A stretch of 12,200 bases of DNA from Candidatus Bathyarchaeota archaeon. Its GTDB lineage: Archaea; Thermoproteota; Bathyarchaeia; TCS64. The notes beneath the pieces are model-generated. The model was given only the letters and a program-made list of their open reading frames with translations. It was not told the DNA's origin and searched no databases. A program made the translations under genes and the position numbers. Numbering within the stretch: position 1 is the first letter of the stretch; each line of letters begins with the position of its first letter. The stretch is from NCBI GenBank assembly GCA_043826455.1, contig JBDRQD010000014.1, positions 1 through 12,200 on the forward strand, read 5' to 3'. Positions 1 to 6,790 of this stretch are shown here, one piece after another.

Positions 1-209
1 GTGAACAGGAGGCACGCGGATAACGCCAGTATGCCTATCTGGGCCCACGGAAAGGCCTTCTCGGAGCCAATCCACACGTAGCCCTCGACGACCCCGAAGA
101 AGCTGCTGCGGTCCTGCCAGACGCCGAAGTTCTCCGTCAGCAGAAGGAACACGCCGATCAGGCTTACCGCCAGTGAAGCCAGGTACAGGTTTCTCTTAGA
201 AGTGACCAT
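1..209 (-). CDS. Hypothetical membrane protein, N-terminal part (runs off the left edge)
   Basis: Not in the ORF track; translated by hand from ATG at 209: MVTSKRNLYLASLAVSLIGVFLLLTENFGVWQDRSSFFGVVEGYVWIGSEKAFPWAQIGILALSACLLF..., open to the edge. Two hydrophobic segments, GC3-rich codons, AT-rich promoter-like DNA upstream. Confidence 0.75.
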   Translation of the reverse strand, partial: MVTSKRNLYLASLAVSLIGVFLLLTENFGVWQDRSSFFGVVEGYVWIGSEKAFPWAQIGILALSACLLF

Positions 210-443
210 ATGAATGATTTGAATCAGTGTGAGATAAAGATTGATAAAAAACGATCTTACGCGCGCGTATTAGTTAATAAAGATTAGAAGAATCGAGTAA
301 ACACTAAAAGTAAGATCTCCATGCATAACCTTTTTTCTCTATTCTTATCCATAATTTATTCGTTCGCCTATAGCCCCTTCCTCCTCAATAGAAGAAAAAC
401 AATTTCGTGAACCAAAAACCCTTAGGGGAAGTATCATTTATAA
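210..443. promoter_or_regulatory. AT-rich intergenic region: probable terminator of the deiminase-like gene and promoter of the membrane protein gene
   Basis: Much more AT-rich than the flanking genes. Minus-strand T-tracts follow the stop at 444; TATA-like TTTTTTATC and CTTTATC (minus strand, about 233-251) lie 25-40 nt upstream of ATG 209. Confidence 0.45.
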
Positions 444-1364
444 TTATGTTCTGAGGATCGGGCACGTCATGCAGTGAGGCCCGCCGCCTCCGATGGCCAA
501 CTGGCTTCCCGGTATCCTGATGACGTCGAAGCCCCTGTCCTCCAGTAACGGAATAATCCTCTCATTCCACTCGTAGCTGACGCACTTGCCGCCGCCCAGG
601 CCCACTATGTTGCTGCCGAAGACCCTGATCTCAGTGTCATTGCAGTAGATGAGCTCCACGCCCCTCTCCTTCAGGTACTCCTCCAGCCACATGAGCTCCA
701 CGCCGTCCTCGCTGTACACGTAGGCTGGGAACAGCTGGAGGCTGCCGGGGTGGAAGAGTGCCAGGTCTGGGGCCATCATCATTAACGCCCCGTCCAGGTG
801 TACCCTCCAGCTGGGCAGGGGCTGGGCCACGAACTCCTTGACGCAGCGGCCCAGCATGCTGTCACGCATCTGGAAGACGCCGTCCTCGTTGCTGCGGGTG
901 CCGAACCCCATCATGGGGCTGTCCTCGTTGAACCAGACGAAGTCGCCGCCCTCCACGAGTCCAGGGGGCGCCACCTTGTGGGCTATGGGGACGCCCAGCT
1001 TCTTGAAGGCCATCTCCATGAGAGTGGGCTCTACGAACCTGGCCTGGTAGGTCATCCTGAGGATGTTGGCCCCCAGGTTGTTCACAAGGGCCACGTCCCT
1101 GGTGTAAACTATGTTAGGCAGCACGTCGGCGATCTGGGCGTGTCTCTCATCCAGCAGATCGTTGAGTATATGTATCTGGACGCCTTCTCCTTTCAGGGCG
1201 TCCACGAAGAAGTCGTGCTCCTCCTGGAACGCCTTCCAGTAGACGGGGTCACGATACAGGTAATCGTTCTTGTTACCGGCGGTGACAACCCGCATGCCCT
1301 CACCGGGGCGGTGCATGAGGACGCTACGAAGATTGCCGTACTCTGTCTGAGCGCCAAACTTCAT
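444..1364 (-). CDS. Arginine deiminase / amidinotransferase (pentein) superfamily enzyme
   Basis: Motifs EYGNLRSVLMHRPG, YTRD, EGGD, HLD and C-terminal GGGGPHCMTCP (catalytic Cys). ATG 1364 preferred (306 aa); GTG 1373 is an alternative start. Confidence 0.9.
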   Translation of the reverse strand: MKFGAQTEYGNLRSVLMHRPGEGMRVVTAGNKNDYLYRDPVYWKAFQEEHDFFVDALKGEGVQIHILNDLLDERHAQIADVLPNIVYTRDVALVNNLGANILRMTYQARFVEPTLMEMAFKKLGVPIAHKVAPPGLVEGGDFVWFNEDSPMMGFGTRSNEDGVFQMRDSMLGRCVKEFVAQPLPSWRVHLDGALMMMAPDLALFHPGSLQLFPAYVYSEDGVELMWLEEYLKERGVELIYCNDTEIRVFGSNIVGLGGGKCVSYEWNERIIPLLEDRGFDVIRIPGSQLAIGGGGPHCMTCPILRT

Positions 1365-1394
1365 GGGTATCACAGGTATCGGGAACCGTTATGG

Positions 1395-1401
1395 TATTTA
1401 A
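1395..1401 (-). promoter_or_regulatory. Putative TATA box of the deiminase-like gene
   Basis: TTAAATA on the minus strand, about 30 nt upstream of ATG 1364. Confidence 0.45.
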
Positions 1402-1574
1402 CGATAGTCAGCCAGCTTCAGGGCCCTCGTTAACTATATAGAGGCATATAGACTATGGTGCAAGTTACATATCTATGCAATAATTATGTCCTAACATGAG
1501 CCACGTTTCAATTAACACAATCTAGTCAAAAACCTGGGTCGCGCACAGTGTTTAAGGAAAAATAAACCATTGTA

Positions 1575-1582
1575 TTTTTATT
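1575..1582 (+). promoter_or_regulatory. Putative TATA box of the HExxH gene
   Basis: TTTTTATT about 30 nt upstream of GTG 1612; overlaps the right arm of AAAAATA-N8-TATTTTT (1558-1579). Confidence 0.4.
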
Positions 1583-1611
1583 TGAGGCGTACTCAGTTTC
1601 ATAGATATGTA

Positions 1612-2358
1612 GTGACTCTGAGGAGAGATTTAACCGACGGAGACGTCAGAAGAATCGTCCGAGAGTCACTGGAAATGATCTCAGTCACCCAGAACCAGCT
1701 AGGACTACCCATAACACCCAACCTTTGGCGCACCAAGCTCCGCTTGGAGACCGGCTCCTTCATAGCCGGCACCGTGAACAAGCGGAGGGGGGGCAAGTAC
1801 AGCATGGACTACGGGTCATTCACTCCACCCAGCACCATCACCCTGGACAGAAGGCTGCCCTCATCCGACCACCCCATGGATATCCCCGACTTCGCTGAGA
1901 CCATGATAGCCTACAGCAGCGTCCACGAGGTCATCCACGCCGACGACCACACGGGTGGCGACAGGTTGCTCCTGGCTACCCGGGAGCACATACTGAAGAC
2001 CCACAAGGACAAGCTGGAGAAGAGCATGAGGATCATTAAGGAGGAGGGTGGCTGCAGCGCCATATGCAACCACGATGACCTGGCCAGCCTCTGGGCCGTC
2101 CAGTACGTGGACATGGTAACCCACTACAGGAGCTACTTGGTCCTCCGCCACAGAAAGTACTCCAAGCTGGACCACATATGGACTAGGCTGAGCGACGACT
2201 TCTTCCCGCCCAACCTTCTCACATGCATAGAGGCAAGCAAGGACAAGGAGTACATTTTCAGACTCTTCACGGAGAGGGCTGGCGAGTACTGCCTCATAGA
2301 GGCCCTAGAGGAGTACAACGCCATCAAAGAGAAGGACTCTTGCAGCTACACCGTATAG
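1612..2358 (+). CDS. Hypothetical protein with HExxH (zincin-like) motif
   Basis: Long ORF with host-like codon usage; HEVIH at 1924-1938. GTG 1612 is preferred over TTG 1570 because the extension is AT-rich and contains the TATA-like box. Confidence 0.8.
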   Translation: MTLRRDLTDGDVRRIVRESLEMISVTQNQLGLPITPNLWRTKLRLETGSFIAGTVNKRRGGKYSMDYGSFTPPSTITLDRRLPSSDHPMDIPDFAETMIAYSSVHEVIHADDHTGGDRLLLATREHILKTHKDKLEKSMRIIKEEGGCSAICNHDDLASLWAVQYVDMVTHYRSYLVLRHRKYSKLDHIWTRLSDDFFPPNLLTCIEASKDKEYIFRLFTERAGEYCLIEALEEYNAIKEKDSCSYTV

Positions 2359-2394
2359 ATTAAAACGCCTGCAGCTATCCATATTCTGGTCCAC

Positions 2395-4161
2395 ATGCTC
2401 TACAACACCCTCGTCGAGTACTACGCCAGGCTGGAGGAGACCACCAAGCGCCTGGAGATGACGGACATCCTCACCGAGCTCATCCAGAAAGCATCACCCG
2501 AGGAGATCGACAAGATAGTTTACATGACCCAGGGCAAGATCCACCCCGACTGGACCGGCGAGCCCGAGATAGGGATGGCCGAGAAGATGGTGGTGGAGAC
2601 TGTGGTCAAGATCAGCGGCCTCAAGAAGGAGCGGGTGGAGGCTATGCTGGCAGAGCTGGGGGACATAGGCCTTGCAGCCGAGGAGGCTAAGAAAGGGAAG
2701 AAGCAGGGCAGCTTCTTCAGGAAGGAGCTCACGGTCACTGACATATACGAGGGACTTGACGGCATAGCCAGGAAGGAGGGCAAGGGAAGCGCCAAGCAGA
2801 AGATGGACGCCCTGGGCAGCCTTATGGCTGATTCCTCTCCCCTGGGCGCAAGGTACCTGGCTAGGGTGGTTGTGGGCAGCCTCCGCCTCGGCATCGGCGA
2901 CATGACCATGCTGGACGCCTTGTCCCAGGCGTACACTGGCTCCAAGGAGGCCCGGGGCGACCTAGAGCGAGCCTACAACCTCAGCAGCGATCTGGGCCTG
3001 GTGGCAAGAACCATGGCTGAGGCGGGGTACGAGGCCATCCACGATTTCCACGTGAGGATTGGCTCACCTATCCGCGTCATGGCTGCTCAGCGCCTAAGCA
3101 CAGCAGAGGAGGTTATTGAAAAGCTTGAGGGTAACTGCTCAGCGGAGTACAAGCTAGACGGTGAGCGGTTCCAGATCCACAAGAAGGGGAGCAGGGTCCA
3201 GATATTCAGCAGGCGCCTGGAGAACATCACACACATGTACCCGGACGCCGTCACCATGTCCCGGGAACTTGTAAGCGCAGAGGACGCCATCATCGAGGGA
3301 GAGGCCGTAGCTTATGACCCGGACACCGGCGACGACCAGCCCTTCCAGACCCTGATGCAGAGGCGCCGCAAGTACGGCATCGAGGAGATGATGGAGAAAA
3401 TACCTGTCCGTGTCTACCTGTTCGACTGCTTATACTTCGACGGAAAGGACCTCACCCTACGGCCCTACCCCGAGAGAATTGCGGCTCTAGAGGGCATCGT
3501 TGACCAGAAGGAAGAGTTCAAGCTGGTGGAGCGCCTGGAGACCAGCGACCCCGCGGAGCTGGACAGGTTCTTCCAGCAGGCCATCACAGACGGAACCGAG
3601 GGCCTGGTGGTGAAGTCCACGGGCCCGGACAGCATCTACAGGGCGGGGGCCAGGAGCTGGCTCTGGGTAAAGCTCAAGCGCAGCTACCAGAGCAAGATGC
3701 AGGATACTGTGGACCTGGTGGTGGTGGGCGCCTTCCACGGGCGTGGCAGACGCGCCGGAAGCTACGGCGCGCTGCTGGCGGCTGCGTATGATCATGAGGC
3801 CGATGTCTTCAGGACCGTGTGCAAGGTGGGCTCAGGGTTTACGGACGAGAACCTGGAGCAGATACTCTCCATGTTCAAGCCTCTGGCGATGGAGCACAGG
3901 CACGCCAGGGTGGATAGCCTGCTGGATGCAGAGGTCTGGTTTGAGCCTGAGAAGGTCATGGAGGTGCTGGGGGACGAGATAACCGCGAGCCCTCTCCACA
4001 CGGCAGCCTTCGGGGAGGTTCGGAAAGACTCGGGGCTGGCCATCAGGTTCCCCCGGTTCACCCGGTGGAGGGACGACAAGGGGGCAGAGGAAGCCACAAC
4101 GGTCCAGGAGATTGTGGACATGTACAGGAGCCAGCTCAAGACGCTTAGCGAGAAAGAGTAG
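2395..4161 (+). CDS. lig: ATP-dependent DNA ligase (archaeal type)
   Basis: 588 aa. Motif I EYKLDGER (adenylated Lys), IIEGE, YLFDCLY, EGLVVK, WVKLK, DLVVVGA, RFPRF; N-terminal DNA-binding domain with QGSFF PCNA-binding-like motif. Confidence 0.97.
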   Translation: MLYNTLVEYYARLEETTKRLEMTDILTELIQKASPEEIDKIVYMTQGKIHPDWTGEPEIGMAEKMVVETVVKISGLKKERVEAMLAELGDIGLAAEEAKKGKKQGSFFRKELTVTDIYEGLDGIARKEGKGSAKQKMDALGSLMADSSPLGARYLARVVVGSLRLGIGDMTMLDALSQAYTGSKEARGDLERAYNLSSDLGLVARTMAEAGYEAIHDFHVRIGSPIRVMAAQRLSTAEEVIEKLEGNCSAEYKLDGERFQIHKKGSRVQIFSRRLENITHMYPDAVTMSRELVSAEDAIIEGEAVAYDPDTGDDQPFQTLMQRRRKYGIEEMMEKIPVRVYLFDCLYFDGKDLTLRPYPERIAALEGIVDQKEEFKLVERLETSDPAELDRFFQQAITDGTEGLVVKSTGPDSIYRAGARSWLWVKLKRSYQSKMQDTVDLVVVGAFHGRGRRAGSYGALLAAAYDHEADVFRTVCKVGSGFTDENLEQILSMFKPLAMEHRHARVDSLLDAEVWFEPEKVMEVLGDEITASPLHTAAFGEVRKDSGLAIRFPRFTRWRDDKGAEEATTVQEIVDMYRSQLKTLSEKE

Positions 4162-4205
4162 CCTCACAAAACCATTTTAGACTACTGCGCCGCCATATAG
4201 TCGTC

Positions 4206-5363
4206 ATGATCGAGGATGTGCTCAGCAGACTGGATGACGGCTATACTCTTAGGGTTCTTAAGGATATGATCCGGATACCTTCCGTCGTCGGCGAGGAGAA
4301 GGAACTAGCCCACTACCTACAGGGGGAGCTGGACTCGCTCGGCTTAGAGACCGAGCTACACGAGGCCCAACCGGGCAGACCCAACATATACGGGAAGCTG
4401 AAGGGCTCCGGGAAGGGCAAGAGGCTCAACTTCAACGGCCACATGGACACGGTGCCCGTGGTGGCCGGCTGGACCAGAGACCCCTTCACCCCCACGGTGG
4501 AGGAAAACAGGATGTACGGGCTGGGCAGCAACGACATGAAAGGAGGCATCGCCTGCATCCTCAACATGATCAGAGCCTACGCGGAGTCCAGGCACAAGTT
4601 CAGGGGCGAGCTGAGCTTCAGCGGCGTCATCGACGAGGAGGCGTTGGGTGAGGGGGCCAAGGCCATGCTCAAGACGGATTACGGGAAGGTGGACGCCATC
4701 GTGCTGGCGGAGCCGAACACCGCTGACGAGAGGAAGCCCACACACCTGGGCATCACCGGCAAGGTCCTCTACGATATATATGTCCACGGTAAGGCGGCCC
4801 ACGCTTTCAGCCCCGAGGAGGGCGTCAACGCCGTGGAGCAGGCTGGCGTCATACTGGCGAACCTGAACAGGCTCAGGCTGCCAAAGCACCCCCAGTTCAA
4901 GGGCAACACATGCACCCTTAAGATAGAGGGCGGCTACAAGGTGTACAGTGTCGTGGTGCCCGCCGAGTGCAGGTTGGAGGTGAACAGGCTCCTGGTGCCG
5001 GGTGAGACCCGTGAGTCCGCCGTCAGTGACATGGAGGAATTGGTAGAGTCTCTGCACCTTGATGCGCGCGTCGAGGTGAAGACCAAGCCCCCCTTCTACG
5101 CCAGCTACGTCCTAAGCCGGGAGGAGCCCATCATCCAGGTCTTCGACTGGGCCTACAGGGAGGTCATGGGCAAGGCGCCCCACTACAGGTATGGCAGCAG
5201 CATCACTGACGCCAACACCTTTGCTGGGGAGGGTGGAATCCCCTGCGTCCACCTAGGGCCGTATGACGGTGGCTCTCATCAACGGGACGAGTACACCCTC
5301 ATCGACAGCCTCAGCCCCGTAAGCAAGGTGTTCGCCCTGATGGCGGACAGGTTCCTCTCCTAG
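4206..5363 (+). CDS. M20 family metallo-hydrolase (ArgE/DapE-like), canonical active site
   Basis: GHMDTV, GSNDMKGG, DEE, AEP, GKAAHA, TDA, HQRDEY: all binuclear metal ligands and the catalytic Glu are present. Confidence 0.92.
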   Translation: MIEDVLSRLDDGYTLRVLKDMIRIPSVVGEEKELAHYLQGELDSLGLETELHEAQPGRPNIYGKLKGSGKGKRLNFNGHMDTVPVVAGWTRDPFTPTVEENRMYGLGSNDMKGGIACILNMIRAYAESRHKFRGELSFSGVIDEEALGEGAKAMLKTDYGKVDAIVLAEPNTADERKPTHLGITGKVLYDIYVHGKAAHAFSPEEGVNAVEQAGVILANLNRLRLPKHPQFKGNTCTLKIEGGYKVYSVVVPAECRLEVNRLLVPGETRESAVSDMEELVESLHLDARVEVKTKPPFYASYVLSREEPIIQVFDWAYREVMGKAPHYRYGSSITDANTFAGEGGIPCVHLGPYDGGSHQRDEYTLIDSLSPVSKVFALMADRFLS

Positions 5364-5399
5364 CGTACCCCTTATACTATCTGATAATATCTACTACCT

Positions 5400-6563
5400 A
5401 TGCTCGATGAGGTTCTCAAGCGGCTAGACGACGCCTACACGGTGATGCTCGGCGAGGAGATGATAGGCATCCCCTCCGTGACGGGCGAGGAGGAGGCCCT
5501 AGCTCTCTACATAAGGGAGAAGCTGGACTCCTACGGGATGGAGACCAGCCTAGATTACGTGGAGCCGGGCCGCCCCAACGTGTACGGCGTCCTCCAGGGC
5601 CTCAAGCCGGGCAGGAGACTGAACTACAACGCCCACACGGACACCGTGCCCGCTGGCGACGACTGGATCACCGACCCCTTCAAGGCTGTCATCAAGGACG
5701 GCAAGATGTACGGCCGCGGCGCCTGCGACATGAAGACAGGCATCGCGTGCAGCCTCAACATGCTCAGGGCGGTGGCCGACAGCGGAGCAGAGTTCAGGGG
5801 AGAGCTCAGCTTCAGCGGCGTCATCGACCAGGAGGCCACTGACAAGGGCGCCTGGAGGATGATGGAGGACCCCAGGTGGAGGAACCTGGACGGCGTGGTC
5901 CTCACCTACAGCTACTGCGGCGACGAGACCAAGCCTATACCCCTGGGCTTGACGGGTAAGGTCCTCTACGACGTGAAGGTGAAAGGTAGAGCAGCGCATG
6001 GGTTCAGGCCCCACCTGGGGGTGAACGCGGTGGAGGACGCCGCCAGGATCATCGCCAACCTTGACAAGCTCAGGTTAGTAAATCACCCCCAGTTCGGCAA
6101 GGGCACCGTGTGCACATTGAAGACCGAGGGTGGCTACAAGGTGTACAGCGTCGTTGTGCCCGAGTCGGCCCGCTTCGAGGTGAACAGGCTCCTAGTTCCG
6201 GGTGAGTCCATTGACTACGCCCTGGATGACATGAGGAGGCTAGTAGACTCGCTTAACCTCAAGTCGGAGATAGAGGTGGGCGTCAAACCGCCCAAGTACG
6301 AGCCATACATCGCGTCAAAGAACGAGCTATTGATGAGTACACTTCATGAGGTTTACAAGGAGGTCATGGGCCGGGAGCCCCTCTACGAGTACGCCTATGG
6401 GATAACAAACGCCAACATATTCCAGGGGGAACAGGGCATCGAATGCGTACACATCGGGCCCCAGAGAGGTGATCCTCACAGCCCCAACGAGTATGTGAAG
6501 CTGGAGTGGCTTCCGCCGATCAGTGAGATGTACGCCCGAATAGCTTTACGGTACCTAAACTAA
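5400..6563 (+). CDS. M20 family ArgE/DapE-like paralog with non-canonical active site
   Basis: AHTDTV, GRGACDMK, GRAAHG and HSPNEY are retained; colinear with the upstream paralog, but DEE>DQE, AEP>TYS, TDA>TNA. Confidence 0.9.
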   Translation: MLDEVLKRLDDAYTVMLGEEMIGIPSVTGEEEALALYIREKLDSYGMETSLDYVEPGRPNVYGVLQGLKPGRRLNYNAHTDTVPAGDDWITDPFKAVIKDGKMYGRGACDMKTGIACSLNMLRAVADSGAEFRGELSFSGVIDQEATDKGAWRMMEDPRWRNLDGVVLTYSYCGDETKPIPLGLTGKVLYDVKVKGRAAHGFRPHLGVNAVEDAARIIANLDKLRLVNHPQFGKGTVCTLKTEGGYKVYSVVVPESARFEVNRLLVPGESIDYALDDMRRLVDSLNLKSEIEVGVKPPKYEPYIASKNELLMSTLHEVYKEVMGREPLYEYAYGITNANIFQGEQGIECVHIGPQRGDPHSPNEYVKLEWLPPISEMYARIALRYLN

Positions 6564-6567
6564 TACG

Positions 6568-6574
6568 AAAAAAA
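6568..6574 (-). terminator. Putative oligo-T terminator of the flavoprotein-ferredoxin operon
   Basis: T7 tract on the minus strand about 15 nt after the ferredoxin stop, in a short convergent gap. Confidence 0.4.
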
Positions 6575-6589
6575 TGTGTTATGAGGGCG

Positions 6590-6790
6590 CTACCAGAAGG
6601 CCAGAGGCACTTTCACCTTTATGGCCTTCGCGGGGCACTCGACCTGGCAGATGAAGCACAGCTGGCACTCGTCAGGGTACCTGACATACGGCCTGTCCTT
6701 CTCGTCGTCCCAGGCGATGACGTCCAGGGGGCAAAGCTCGTGGCAGCGCCCGCACCCCGTGCACTTCTCGTGGTCGAACTCTGTGGTCAT
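6590..6790 (-). CDS. 2x[4Fe-4S] ferredoxin, AprB-like small subunit
   Basis: CTGCGRCHELCP and CQLCFICQVECP; start overlaps the flavoprotein stop (ATGA), implying translational coupling. Confidence 0.92.
   Translation of the reverse strand: MTTEFDHEKCTGCGRCHELCPLDVIAWDDEKDRPYVRYPDECQLCFICQVECPAKAIKVKVPLAFW

Noticed and set aside
284..352. 22-aa minus-strand ORF MDKNREKRLCMEILLLVFTRFF downstream of a purine-rich GAGGAGGAAGGGG tract
   Set aside because: Very short, AT-rich codons unlike host genes, and the purine tract is too far from the ATG.
210..443. Possible replication origin (AT-rich unwinding element)
   Set aside because: No ORB-like repeats recognised and no cdc6/orc1 gene in the window.
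798..1433. 211-aa plus-strand ORF and the other long antisense or alternate-frame ORFs (e.g. 4356-5057, 5550-6014, 7918-8532, 9688-10275)
   Set aside because: Shadows of GC3-rich real genes; no recognisable motifs.
5361..5400. Readthrough fusion of the two in-frame M20 genes
   Set aside because: The spacer contains in-frame TGA TAA stops.
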